Part shown: positions 39,835-50,013 of the stretch, in pieces | How positions within the stretch are numbered: position 1 is the first letter of the stretch | Layout of the letters: each line of letters opens with the position of its first letter | NCBI RefSeq assembly: GCF_032116555.1 | Contig: NZ_CP134949.1 | Location: 2,728,001-2,792,000, forward strand | Source of the DNA: Halorarum halobium | GTDB lineage: Archaea > Halobacteriota > Halobacteria > Halobacteriales > Haloferacaceae | Direction of reading: 5' to 3' | DNA length: 64,000 nucleotides | The notes under the pieces: generated by a model | Told to the model about the DNA's origin: nothing | Databases searched by the model: none | What the model saw: the letters and a program-made list of their open reading frames with translations, nothing else | Translations under genes and position numbers: made by a program

Positions 39835-40689
39835 ATGCAGCGACGCGCAGTGCTCGGTCTCTGTGGTGCCGGCCTCGCCGGCCTCGCCGGCTGTTCCTCG
39901 CGACAGGAGGGCGGGGCCGACACGCCGGCGAGCGAGACCGCCGTCTCGCCGACGGCGACTGCGACGACACACTCCGAGAGGGAGCTCACGGTCGAACTCG
40001 ACGCGCTCCAGCCGGCACTCGTCGAACTGGACACCGACTACTACCGGCTGGTCGCGGAGCGCGACCGGCAGTACCTGGTCCTGTCCGTTTCCGTGGTTTC
40101 GGGGTCGCCCCCCTCGCGGTCGGCCCTCCGCTTCCGGTTCGACGGAACCGATCACGCGCCGAAAACGTGGGAACGAATCCCGGCACGCGGGTCCGACGGG
40201 TCGGACGACGAGCAGTACTCCGGCGAGAACGGGTCCGGCTGGGTCGCGTTCGAGATTCCCGCGACCGGCGACGCGAGCGACGCCGCGCTCGTCTGGCCGG
40301 GTGGCGAGTGGCGTCCCGACGACCGACTCCGGGAGCAACTTGACGCACCGTTGCCCTCGCTGTCGCTGGACGGGTGGCGTGTCGCGGAGACCGTCCCGCT
40401 GGGCGGCACCACGACGTTCGAACTCACGGTCCGCAACGAGGAGGACCGGACGGGCTGGTTCGTCGGCGGCATCAACGCGGACGGGTGGTTCCCCCACCGG
40501 CCCGTCGCACACGTCTCGCGTCAGATCCCTGCCGGCGAGACGGTCACGTGGGAGGTCCCGGGCGAATCGATCGACCTCCCGGGGGAGAGCTGGTCGGAAC
40601 GCGTCGGGGACGGGGAGGCGGACGTCCACTACGAGCTGGTCTGGCCCGACGGCGACGAGTCGAAACCGGTCCGCGTCGTCGACGAATAG
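39835..40689 (+). CDS. Tat-secreted lipoprotein of unknown function
   Basis: MQRRAVL twin-arginine and LAGC lipobox. Confidence 0.8.
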   Translation: MQRRAVLGLCGAGLAGLAGCSSRQEGGADTPASETAVSPTATATTHSERELTVELDALQPALVELDTDYYRLVAERDRQYLVLSVSVVSGSPPSRSALRFRFDGTDHAPKTWERIPARGSDGSDDEQYSGENGSGWVAFEIPATGDASDAALVWPGGEWRPDDRLREQLDAPLPSLSLDGWRVAETVPLGGTTTFELTVRNEEDRTGWFVGGINADGWFPHRPVAHVSRQIPAGETVTWEVPGESIDLPGESWSERVGDGEADVHYELVWPDGDESKPVRVVDE

Positions 40690-40806
40690 GCTCCCGCCGA
40701 GCCGCCCGACGGGCGCGGTCCGGCCTCCCTGGCGACCCTCGGAGCCGTCCCGGTCGGCTTCGAGGACCGGAACCACGGACGCCGTCCGCGACAGAATCTA
40801 TTTGCC

Positions 40807-41409
40807 GTGCGGTCCCGTCTGCTGACGGGAGAACACGTGACGGATGCCAGCGAGAGCGGGCGCGGGCAGCACGTCGACCGGACGATCAGGGGCGGGATCC
40901 TGCTCGTGTTCCTGCTCGGGGTTCGACGGGGGAACCCGAACACGGCGATCAACGCGGTCGGCTCGCTCGCCGGCAGCTACCTCCCCGCTCTCGTCGAGGG
41001 GGAGTGTGGCGTCGAGTTGCGACCGTGGCAGCGCGCCTACGTCGAGACGGCGATGCTCACCCACGCCGTGGGGATGGCGGGACCGTACGACGACGTCTGG
41101 TGGTGGGACCACCTCACCCACACCCACTCGGCGACGGTGCTGGGCGGCATCGTCCACGCGGTCGCCAGCCGCCGCGGTCGGGAGCCCGGCCCGCGCGTGC
41201 TGGCCGTCGTGTTCGTCGGCGGCCTCGTCTGGGAGCTCGCCGAGTACGCCATCCACCTGGTGGCCGACCGCCTCGGGCTGGAGCCGCTGCTCGTCTTCTA
41301 CGGCAGGCGGGACACCCTCCTCGACGTCTGCTTCAACCTCCTCGGCGCCCTCCTCGTGATCGCGTTCGGCGATCGGCTGCTGGGGAACCTCGCGCCGTCC
41401 GGCGAGTAG
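40807..41409 (+). CDS. Membrane protein with conserved His/Asp/Glu motifs
   Basis: H..G, WWWDHLTH, WE..EY, DT..D; start uncertain. Confidence 0.75.
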   Translation: MRSRLLTGEHVTDASESGRGQHVDRTIRGGILLVFLLGVRRGNPNTAINAVGSLAGSYLPALVEGECGVELRPWQRAYVETAMLTHAVGMAGPYDDVWWWDHLTHTHSATVLGGIVHAVASRRGREPGPRVLAVVFVGGLVWELAEYAIHLVADRLGLEPLLVFYGRRDTLLDVCFNLLGALLVIAFGDRLLGNLAPSGE

Positions 41410-41465
41410 CCCGTCGCCGGTCGGTTCCCACCGGCCGAACCGGCACTTCAGGGGGCCCGTCACGG

Positions 41466-43661
41466 TCAGCGTTCGACGGTCACCGTGGCGCGAGCGTCCC
41501 GCGATGACCGGCCGAGTTCCACCGTGAACGCCACCGAGTCGACGGTCCACTCGCCCGCGTCCTCGTCGTAGTAGGCGAACGCCCTGTCGTCGAGATCCAG
41601 TTCGACGGTCCGCTCCTCGTCCGGATCGAGTTCGACGGACGCGAACCCGGCGAGTTCCCGCGGCGGTCGCGGGACGGCCGCGTCCTCGTCCCCGACGTAC
41701 GCCTGGATCACTTCCCTGCCCGCGCGCTCGGCGACGTTCGCGACCGTCACCGAAACCGTCGCGGAGGCGTCCGTCGTCGATTCGACCGTCGCGTCGCGGT
41801 AGGCGAACTCGGCGTAGCTCAGCCCGTGTCCGAACGGGAAGGTCGGCTCGATCCCGTCCGCGTCGAACCCCCGATAGCCGACGAAGACGCCCTCGTCGTA
41901 CTCGGCGACGGGGTACCCCTCGCCGCCGTCGACGCCCGGATGCCGCGTCCGCGAACTCGCCGGGTAGTCGCGCTCCGGCGCGAACGTGACCGGGAGCCGT
42001 CCGCCCGGGTCCGCGTCACCGTACAGCACGTCGGCGAGCGCGCCGCCGACCTCCTGCCCGGGGTACCACGCCGAAAGCGCCGCGTCCACCTCGTCGATCC
42101 ACGGCAGTTCGACCGGTCCCGACGTCTGGAGGACGACGACGGTCCGATCGGCCGCCGCCGCGACCGATCTGACCAACTGATCCTGCTCGCCGGGCAGGGC
42201 GAGCGACTCCCGGTCCCGGGCCTCGGTGGCGACGTCCTGCACGACGACGACGGCGACGTCCGCGCTCCGGGCGGCCCGCTCCGCGTCGGCGACGTCGCGG
42301 CCGGCCCCCTCGTCGGAGAACGGGAGGTCGATCCCGAGCGAGAACGCGTCGAACATCGACGCGCTCTCGATCGGCGGGTGGCCGTACGCGGCCGTCACCG
42401 GCCCCTCCGCCCGGGCGCTGATCCCCTCGATCGGGCTCGTGGTGGTGACCGGCGTGACCTCCGAACTGCCGCCGCCGCCGACCGTCGCCTCGTCGACGTT
42501 CGGGCCGATCACCGCGACGGACGCCTCCTCGGCCAGCGGCAGGACCCCGCCGTCGTTCTCGAGGAGGACGGTCCCGCGGGTGGCGATCCTGCGCGCGAGG
42601 TCGCGGTGGCTCCCGGGCGGCGTGCCGGCCGGACGGTCACCGTCGAGGGAGCCGACCCGGTCGTGGAGGGTGAGCACGCGCCGGACCATCTCGTCGAGCC
42701 GCTCTTCCGGGAACGTCCCGTCCGCCATCGCGGCCGGAAGCTGCTCGGCGAACAGCGACTCCGTGGGGTTCGGGATGCCGCCGCCCGAGATCGCCCGGCG
42801 CAACAGCGGCTCCGCCACGTCGCCGGGGCCGGGAACCGCGTCGGGCCAGCGGTCCTCTATCGTGGCGAGTCGGCCGAACCCGCCGAAGTTCGCCAGCAGC
42901 ATGTCGAACACGCCGACGCCCGGCATCTCCAGGTCCGTGCCGGCCCGCGCCGCGGCGACCCCGTCGTTCACCGCCCACCAGTCCGACATGACCGGGCCGT
43001 CGAACCCGAACTCGTCCTTGAGGACGTCGGTCAGGAGCCGCTCGTGTTCGGTCGCGTGGACGCCGCCGATCCGGTTGTACGCGGCCATCACCGACCCGAC
43101 GTCCGCCTCGGCCGCGGCCTCGAACGCGGGCAGGTAGAGCTCGCGCAGCGCCCGCTCGCCCACCTCGGCGCTCACCGTCGCACGGTCGGCTTCCTGGCTG
43201 TTTGCGACGTAGTGTTTGGCCGTCGCGGCGACGCCACGCGACTGGATCCCCTCGATGGTCGGCCCGACGATGCGCGCCCCGTGGTGGGGGTCCTCGCCGT
43301 AGTACTCGAATTTCCGGCCGCAGTGGGGTACCCTGATCAGGTTACACCCCGGGGCGAGGAGGACGTCCATCCCCTTCGCGCGCGCCTCGCAGCCGATCGC
43401 CTCGCCGAACTCCCGTGCGAGGTCGGGATCGAAGCTCGCGCCCAGCGCGAGCGAGGCCGGGAACGCCGTCGCCTCGTCGAGTCTGACCCCGAGCGGTCCG
43501 TCCGCCATCCGGAGGGGCGGGACGTCGAGCCGCTCGACCGGCGCGACGGTGCCCGTCGCCCGCCCCTCCTCGAGGCGGACCGTCCCCCGGATCAGGCTGA
43601 GCTTCTCGGAGCGCGTCAGTGCCTCGCAGCGTTCGTGCGCGGACTCGTCCTCGCTCGCCAT
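41466..43661 (-). CDS. Beta-glucosidase, glycoside hydrolase family 3
   Basis: ADGPLGVR, FEYYGEDP, KHY, VMSDWW, GVFVGYR, FPFGHGLSY, FnIII tail; ATG 43661. Confidence 0.92.
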   Translation of the reverse strand: MASEDESAHERCEALTRSEKLSLIRGTVRLEEGRATGTVAPVERLDVPPLRMADGPLGVRLDEATAFPASLALGASFDPDLAREFGEAIGCEARAKGMDVLLAPGCNLIRVPHCGRKFEYYGEDPHHGARIVGPTIEGIQSRGVAATAKHYVANSQEADRATVSAEVGERALRELYLPAFEAAAEADVGSVMAAYNRIGGVHATEHERLLTDVLKDEFGFDGPVMSDWWAVNDGVAAARAGTDLEMPGVGVFDMLLANFGGFGRLATIEDRWPDAVPGPGDVAEPLLRRAISGGGIPNPTESLFAEQLPAAMADGTFPEERLDEMVRRVLTLHDRVGSLDGDRPAGTPPGSHRDLARRIATRGTVLLENDGGVLPLAEEASVAVIGPNVDEATVGGGGSSEVTPVTTTSPIEGISARAEGPVTAAYGHPPIESASMFDAFSLGIDLPFSDEGAGRDVADAERAARSADVAVVVVQDVATEARDRESLALPGEQDQLVRSVAAAADRTVVVLQTSGPVELPWIDEVDAALSAWYPGQEVGGALADVLYGDADPGGRLPVTFAPERDYPASSRTRHPGVDGGEGYPVAEYDEGVFVGYRGFDADGIEPTFPFGHGLSYAEFAYRDATVESTTDASATVSVTVANVAERAGREVIQAYVGDEDAAVPRPPRELAGFASVELDPDEERTVELDLDDRAFAYYDEDAGEWTVDSVAFTVELGRSSRDARATVTVER

Positions 43662-43762
43662 GAAATATGTCCGTGGATAATTCATCGAGACCCGAGAAAA
43701 GTTCTTCGTGACACGTCGTACGACGTGGGATTTCCCTGATCGCTCTCCGTCGCCCCGGCCGG

Positions 43763-44512
43763 TCAGAAGTGCGCGAACTTGTCCCGGCGGTAGAGGTCGA
43801 GTTCGTTCACCGTGTCCGTCGCGGCCTGGCCCAGACAGAACCGCACCGCCTCCGCGATGGCCCCCGGATCGGTCACGTCCTCGGAGTCGAACCGCTCCTC
43901 GAACGGGTCGCCGTCCTCCGAGCCGAACTCGGTCCGCACCTCGGTCGGGTTGACGACCGACACCGCGACGCCCTCGTCGCCGACCTGGGCCGCGAGGCTG
44001 TGGGCGAACCCGCGGACGCACCACTTGGTCGCGGCGTACACCGGGTTCGCCGGACGGGGGTACTGGCCGGCGAAGCTGCCGACGAAGACGACCGTGCCGT
44101 CGGTCTCGTGGAGGTGCGGGAGCGCCGCGCGGGTCGCGTAGAACGTGCCGGTGACGTTCACGTCCAGCATCGTGTGGTACTCCTCGTCTGTCAACTCGGC
44201 CACCTCGCCGCCGCGTGCGAGGCCGGCGTTGTTCACCAGGCCGTCGAGGCCCCCGAACTCCTCGACCGACGCCTCGATCAGGGCCTCCACCTGCGCCCGG
44301 TCGGTGACGTCGGTCCGGACCGGCCGCACCGCCACGTCGTGTGCCCCGGTCAGTTCGTCCGCGATGGTCTCCAGCCGGTCGAGCCGGCGGGCGCCGAGGA
44401 CGAGGTTCGCCCCCGCCTCCGCGAGCGCCCGCGCCGTCGCCGCCCCGATTCCCGAACTGGCACCGGTGAGTACGATCGCGTCGCCGTCGAGGTCCTGCAT
44501 CGTGGAGCCCAT
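43763..44512 (-). CDS. SDR family oxidoreductase
   Basis: TGASSGIG, NNAG, YAATK. Confidence 0.92.
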   Translation of the reverse strand: MGSTMQDLDGDAIVLTGASSGIGAATARALAEAGANLVLGARRLDRLETIADELTGAHDVAVRPVRTDVTDRAQVEALIEASVEEFGGLDGLVNNAGLARGGEVAELTDEEYHTMLDVNVTGTFYATRAALPHLHETDGTVVFVGSFAGQYPRPANPVYAATKWCVRGFAHSLAAQVGDEGVAVSVVNPTEVRTEFGSEDGDPFEERFDSEDVTDPGAIAEAVRFCLGQAATDTVNELDLYRRDKFAHF

Positions 44513-44613
44513 CGCGGGCCGTCTCAAAGTGGTTTCCCCCGAACCGACGCGGCGGCGGACGGTCGAGCCGACGCCTGCAGTACCGTTATGGGCCGTCGTT
44601 CCCACCGCGAGCC

Positions 44614-45516
44614 GTGGACGAACCGGAACTCGGATCGACGCGACGATCGGAAGCCCCTTCAGAATCCACCACTGACCAACGGTTGGTGCCCTCCACGCCG
44701 CCTCGAGACGCCGACCTCCGGACGGAAGAGTACGCCCTCTCGGACGGCCGGACGCTCGCGTGTACCATCGGCGGTGATTCACGCGGGCATCCCGTGGTCG
44801 CTCACCACGGGACCCCGGGCTCCCGGTTGTTCGCGGCCTTGCTGTCCGAGCAGGCCGCCGAGGAAGGCGTCCTGCTCGTCGTCCCTGACCGTCCGGGATA
44901 CGGCCGCTCGTCGTCGCCACCGCCGGACTGGACATGGAGTGACTGGCGAGACGACCTGGAAGAACTCCTGGATGCGGCGTCGATCGACCGGGCCGGCGTT
45001 CTCGGGTTCTCCGGCGGTGGCCCGTTCGCACTCGCGGCCGCGAACGGCGACCGAGCGACCCGGCTCGGGCTGATCAGTCCCGTCGTTCCGCCGGCCGAGA
45101 ACGGCCTCACCGCGCTCGCCACGGTTCCGTTCGCGCTCCGCGTGTTCTTTCGACTCTCGAAGGCGGTCGCGTCGATCACGGGACCTGACGCCATCGTCAA
45201 CCAGTACACCGACCGGTCGGTGTCGGGGCCGGTTTCGAACGCCGTCGCGGACGACTTTCACGAGGCCCTCCGACCGGGGGCGAGCGCGGTCGCGCGCGAG
45301 ACGCGGACGTTCGCGACCGGGTCGCTCGAACCGGATCGCCCGGACGTCCCGATTCGTGGCTGGCACGGTACCCGGGACGAGAACACGCCGCTGGCTCCCG
45401 CCCGGAGCCTGATCGAAGCGCTCGACGGGACGCTAGCGACCCCCGACGCCGATCACCTCGGGACCCTCCTCGACCGTCGGCAGGACGCGCTCGAGTGGCT
45501 CAGCGCGGAGGAGTGA
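44614..45516 (+). CDS. Alpha/beta-fold hydrolase
   Basis: HGTPGSR, DRPGYG, GFSGG, HGTRD; start uncertain. Confidence 0.88.
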   Translation: MDEPELGSTRRSEAPSESTTDQRLVPSTPPRDADLRTEEYALSDGRTLACTIGGDSRGHPVVAHHGTPGSRLFAALLSEQAAEEGVLLVVPDRPGYGRSSSPPPDWTWSDWRDDLEELLDAASIDRAGVLGFSGGGPFALAAANGDRATRLGLISPVVPPAENGLTALATVPFALRVFFRLSKAVASITGPDAIVNQYTDRSVSGPVSNAVADDFHEALRPGASAVARETRTFATGSLEPDRPDVPIRGWHGTRDENTPLAPARSLIEALDGTLATPDADHLGTLLDRRQDALEWLSAEE

Positions 45517-45603
45517 CCGGCGCGAACCGATCGGCGAGTCGCCAGTAGTGCCGTTTCGCCCACCTCGGCGGGCCTCGTTCGGGCGATTCAGCGACGCCAG
45601 CGG

Positions 45604-46071
45604 TCAGGTATCACAGCTCCCCGACGCGACCGACCACGCGCGTCCCGTCGCGAGCGCCGAGACGAGGACGATCAACACCGCGTTCACCGGATGGACCGCG
45701 GCGACCAGCGAGTCCGACATGCTCGCGGTCGCGTACTGCGCCGAGACCAGCGCGAACAGCCCGGCCGGTGCCAGCTTCGGGAACCGGGGGAGCCGCCCGA
45801 CCAGGCCGAGGAGGAGCAACACCAGGAGTAGCGGCTCGAAGAGGTGGACGAACCCCGCGTGTAGCCGCCAGTTGGCCGGGTCGACGAAGACGGCAATCCC
45901 AGCGAGGTACGTCTGCGCGAGGACACAACAGGTGAAGACGGCCGCGACGAGAACGTAGCCGAGCCGCGCCCACGCGACCGGCCTCGAGCGCGCGGTCGTC
46001 GTCTCCCGCGTTCGGTGGTCCCCGGTTCGATCGTCCCCGGTTCGCCCGGTCCGTGCGGATTCACGATCCAT
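45604..46071 (-). CDS. Small membrane protein (DUF6220-like)
   Basis: Q.YLAG, LH..F, HPVNA; about 4 TM. Confidence 0.7.
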   Translation of the reverse strand: MDRESARTGRTGDDRTGDHRTRETTTARSRPVAWARLGYVLVAAVFTCCVLAQTYLAGIAVFVDPANWRLHAGFVHLFEPLLLVLLLLGLVGRLPRFPKLAPAGLFALVSAQYATASMSDSLVAAVHPVNAVLIVLVSALATGRAWSVASGSCDT

Positions 46072-46265
46072 CTCGGTCGTTCCATCCGACCGTGGGGCGG
46101 TAAGCCGACCAGCCGATTCGTCGGGAGCGCGTCCGTGGGGAGCAGTTAAATACGAGAACGGCTCGCCCGCGACGAATCGACCCCGGCGGTTCGCGTCGAC
46201 GAACCGGCGACCCCGTCGCCGAACGGAAACCACTTGGTCACCGCCTGACCAGTATCGGTCTCCAC

Positions 46266-47711
46266 GTGTCGAAGATTCCGAACCCCCTCCGCTCGCTCGT
46301 CCTCGCCATCGGGCTGTCGCTCTCCCGGCTCGGCCTGCTCACCGAGCACCGCGCGCGCCGCATCACCGACCTCTCCTGGCCCCGCATCCTCACCGGTCTC
46401 GCGCGGATGTCGAAGAACGCCGTCGACGTCGCCATGGTCGGCATCGCGCTCGGCCCCGCGGCGATCGCGGGCGTCGGCTTCGCCTCGCCCTACTGGGGGC
46501 TGGCGTTCTCGCTCGGCGGCGGCATGGCCGCCGGCACCATCGCGCTCGTCTCCCAGCGCTACGGTGCCGACGCCCACGGCGGCCTCGGGCAGGCGGTCCG
46601 GTCGAGCGCGCTCGTGGTGCTCGCCGTCTCGCTGCCCGTGGCACTGCTGTTTCTCGCCGTTCCCGAGCGCCTCGTCGGCGTCGTCAGCGACGACGCGGTC
46701 GCGGTCGGCTACGGCGCGGACTACCTCCGGGTCGTCGCGCTGGGCGTCCCGTTCGCGGGGCTGAACCTCGTCGCCAGCCGGGTGTACATCGGCGCCGACG
46801 ACGCCTGGACGCCGATGGTGCTCCGGGCCGGCGGCGCGGTCGCGAACATCCTCATCAACGCCGTGCTCATCTTCGGCTTCGACATGGGCGTCGTCGGCGC
46901 GGCGACCGGGACGGTCGTCTCGAACGCGGTCGTGACCCTCACCTTCTCGGGCGGCCTCGTCGCCGGCAGGCTCCCGGTGCTGGGCGACTTGCCCGTCCGG
47001 ATCGATCCCCGGGGGGCGTACCTCGACCGCGGAACGGTCCGCCAGATCGTCGAGATCGGGACGCCGGTCGTCGGCCGCAACCTCGTCTGGACGGTCGCGG
47101 AGTTCCCGATGCTCGCCATCGTCGACGTCTTCGGGCGCGACACCGTCGCCGCGTTCGTCGTCTCCCGGCGCATCTGGGGGCTGATGAACACGCCGGGCTG
47201 GGGCTTCGGGCTCGCCTCCTCCAGCCTGGTCGGCCAGCACCTCGGCACCGACGACGAGACGACCGCCGAGGCGTACGGCCGCGAGATCATCCGCTTTGCG
47301 GTCGCCACGTACCTCGTCTCCGCGCTCCTCGTGTTCGCGTTCGCCCGGCCGATCGTGGTGACGTTCGTCGGCGACCCGACCGCCGGGTCGGTGGAGCCGG
47401 CGGTCGCGCTCGTCCGGGCCGCCTGCGTCGCGGTCGTGCTCCAGGGCGTCTCCGGCGGGGCCGCGGGTCCGCTGGACGCGAGCGGCGACACCCGGTGGCC
47501 GTTCCTCAGTCAGGCGGTCGGGATGTTCTGCGTCTCCATCCCGCTTGCGTACCTCGGCGCGACCACCTCGCTCGGCTTTCTCGGCCTCCAGCTCGCGTTC
47601 CTCGCGGAGACGAGCGTGCCGGCCGCGCTGAACTACTACCGCTTCCGAACCGGGAAGTGGAAGGCGGTAAGTCGAGGCTACCGGCCGGACGCGGCCGCGG
47701 GCGGCGACTGA
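46266..47711 (+). CDS. MATE family efflux transporter
   Basis: DVAMVG..LG..A.AGVG, VSQRYGA, GDTRWP; about 12 TM. Confidence 0.9.
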   Translation: MSKIPNPLRSLVLAIGLSLSRLGLLTEHRARRITDLSWPRILTGLARMSKNAVDVAMVGIALGPAAIAGVGFASPYWGLAFSLGGGMAAGTIALVSQRYGADAHGGLGQAVRSSALVVLAVSLPVALLFLAVPERLVGVVSDDAVAVGYGADYLRVVALGVPFAGLNLVASRVYIGADDAWTPMVLRAGGAVANILINAVLIFGFDMGVVGAATGTVVSNAVVTLTFSGGLVAGRLPVLGDLPVRIDPRGAYLDRGTVRQIVEIGTPVVGRNLVWTVAEFPMLAIVDVFGRDTVAAFVVSRRIWGLMNTPGWGFGLASSSLVGQHLGTDDETTAEAYGREIIRFAVATYLVSALLVFAFARPIVVTFVGDPTAGSVEPAVALVRAACVAVVLQGVSGGAAGPLDASGDTRWPFLSQAVGMFCVSIPLAYLGATTSLGFLGLQLAFLAETSVPAALNYYRFRTGKWKAVSRGYRPDAAAGGD

Positions 47712-47757
47712 AGCCGGAGGGTACCGCCCGGGCCGTCCCGGTGACCGCCGACGCCTG

Positions 47758-48405
47758 TCAGTAGCGTTCGACGGCGCGCAACGCCGATCGCTGGTGTTCG
47801 GGCATCACCTCCAGGACGACGTCGCCGTCGAACCGAGCCCGGAGCACCCGAGTCAGCGCCGCCATGTCCATCTCGCCCTCGCCGAAGGGAACGCCGTCGG
47901 CGGTCGGGGTCGAATCCGTGAGGTGGACGACCCGGATGGCGTCGCCGTGCGTCTCGAGTAGCGACTCGGTCCGTGCGACGTAGTCGGCGTGGGCCATGTA
48001 CAGGTGGGCCGTGTCGAGGACGAGATCGTGGCCCCGGTCGAGGACGGTCGCCTCCAGATGGCGGACGCTCGTCCCGGGGTTGTTCTCGAAGCCGAACCGG
48101 GAGAGGTCGAGGGCAGCGAGTTCGGGGACGTGCATCGGCTGGAGGTACTGCGAGTGAACCACGAGGTAGGCGTCGAGCGCGGACGCGAGGTCGTCGGTCC
48201 GCTCGATCAGGCCGAACTCGTCGGCGGTGACGTGTGGCGTGTGGACCGAGGCCACCTCGACGGGCGAGTCGGCGACGGCGTCGCTTATCGCCGTCGGGTC
48301 CGCGAGGTATCGGCGCGGAAGGTGGAGTTCGACCGCCTCGAACCCGTCGTCGGCAGCAGCACGGAGCTCCTCGAGGTCCGGGGGGCACTTTCCGATGACG
48401 CGCAC
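47758..48405 (-). CDS. Sugar-phosphate isomerase/xylose-isomerase-like TIM barrel protein
   Basis: GFEAVEL, EN, LDTAH, VHLTD, PFGEG, LEV. Confidence 0.8.
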   Translation of the reverse strand: MRVIGKCPPDLEELRAAADDGFEAVELHLPRRYLADPTAISDAVADSPVEVASVHTPHVTADEFGLIERTDDLASALDAYLVVHSQYLQPMHVPELAALDLSRFGFENNPGTSVRHLEATVLDRGHDLVLDTAHLYMAHADYVARTESLLETHGDAIRVVHLTDSTPTADGVPFGEGEMDMAALTRVLRARFDGDVVLEVMPEHQRSALRAVERY

Positions 48406-48429
48406 ACTCGATCGGCCCCCGAGAACGGC

Positions 48430-49062
48430 TTATCGGTTTCGGCCGTCGGTCCCGGAGTCGCCTTCCCCGCGACCGTCGTCTCCCGTCTCGGAGACCAGTT
48501 CCCCGTCGAGCCCCCACTCGGCCGCACGCCGCTCGGCCTCCTCCCGGGCCTCCCGCCTGATGGCGTCCACGCGCTCCTCGTCGGCCAGAAACGCGGCGAG
48601 CGCGTCGTGTTCCGTCTCGTCGTCGCGGCGCTCGGCCGGCGCCCGATCGCTCGTCCGCTCGGCCAGCCCCGCGTCGTCGGCCAGTTCCCGTGCCGGCCCG
48701 CCGGGCGCGACGCGGAGCGGGTCACAGTCGTGAACGGGAGCGAGTTCGCCCGCCGGAAGCCGGTACGAGGACGCCCGTACCGGGCCCGTCCCCGCGAGCG
48801 ACGCGAGCGCGGCCGGCCCGCCGGCGTCCGAGTCGAGTTCGTAGGCGAGCACCGGCACCCCTGCCTCGAGCGTGATGACGCCGCGCTCGGCCCCGTCGAG
48901 CAACAGCGTCGCCTGCGGTTCGAGCACGAGATAGCCCGTCAGGCTCCGATCCAGCGCGTCCCGCAACGGGTCGGCCACGTCCGAGACGACGCGAGCGGCG
49001 AGCAGGTCCCCCCGAGGCACCGACACCGGCGAACGCGACTCGGCGAGCACGTCGCCGCTCAT
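48430..49062 (-). CDS. Conserved haloarchaeal hypothetical protein coupled to minD
   Basis: ATGA overlap with minD; LTGYLVLEPQ, AR.EAERRA.EWG. Confidence 0.75.
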   Translation of the reverse strand: MSGDVLAESRSPVSVPRGDLLAARVVSDVADPLRDALDRSLTGYLVLEPQATLLLDGAERGVITLEAGVPVLAYELDSDAGGPAALASLAGTGPVRASSYRLPAGELAPVHDCDPLRVAPGGPARELADDAGLAERTSDRAPAERRDDETEHDALAAFLADEERVDAIRREAREEAERRAAEWGLDGELVSETGDDGRGEGDSGTDGRNR

Positions 49063-49826
49063 GGCCGATTGGGGACCACCGCGCTCCGGAACCGGTCGGC
49101 GACGTCGCCCGCCTCGCCCGGTCGCGGGTCGAGGCGCGCCGTGGCGTCCCGGAACGCCCCCGCTGCCGCCGAATCGGGTGCGTGCGCGAGCAGCGGGACG
49201 CCCGCGTCGCGGGCCGCCCGCGCGGCGTCGCTGTCCGGGACCGCCCCGAGCGCTTCGCCGCCGAAGTAGCGCTCGGCCTGGTCGGCGACGCTCCCGAGGT
49301 CGCCGTGGACCTTGTTGAACAGCACGCCCGCCGTCTCCGTGCCGTACGAGCGGGCGTACTCCTGGACCTTCAGCCCGTCCGAGAGCGAGGGGATGGTGGG
49401 CTGGAGGACGACCACGACCCGGTCGGCCAGCACCACCGGGAGGACGGCCGACTTCGAGGCGAGCGTCGCCGGCGAGTCGAGGAGGATCACGTCCGCGTCC
49501 GCGGCGAGGTCGGCGACGACCGACCGAAGGCGCTCGGGATCGGCCGCCTCGAACGCCGCGAGGCTCGTGCCGCAGGGGACGACGCGCATGCCGTGGCGCT
49601 CGTAGGTCGCGTCCGCGACGTCCGCGGCCGTCCCCTCGACGAGCAGGTCGTGGAGGGTGACCGGCGCGTCGTCGAGGCCCGCGTGGAACAGCAGGTTCGC
49701 CATGCCGGTGTCGGCGTCGACGACGGTCACGTCATAGTCGGCCGCGAGCGCCATGCCGAGCGCGAGCGTGCTCGTCGTCTTCCCCGTCCCCCCCTTGCCG
49801 CTCGCCACGGCGAACGCTTCGACCAT
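49059..49826 (-). CDS. minD: MinD/ParA family ATPase
   Basis: ASGKGGTGKTT deviant Walker A, DADTGMANL, LLDSP. Confidence 0.88.
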   Translation of the reverse strand: MVEAFAVASGKGGTGKTTSTLALGMALAADYDVTVVDADTGMANLLFHAGLDDAPVTLHDLLVEGTAADVADATYERHGMRVVPCGTSLAAFEAADPERLRSVVADLAADADVILLDSPATLASKSAVLPVVLADRVVVVLQPTIPSLSDGLKVQEYARSYGTETAGVLFNKVHGDLGSVADQAERYFGGEALGAVPDSDAARAARDAGVPLLAHAPDSAAAGAFRDATARLDPRPGEAGDVADRFRSAVVPNRP

Positions 49827-50013
49827 GGGCGGGATGGTGCTCGCCCGTACAAATAATTTCGCCGTTCCGCCCGCGAAAGGTGTTCGGGCCGGCCTACCGG
49901 GGCGGCCACGCGCCCGGGGGACGCGGCCAAACGCTCAGTATCGCTCGTACCGCTTGTGTTCCAGGATGGAACGGTCGCAAGGCGACGGGAAACGGCGACC
50001 GGACGACTGCCGG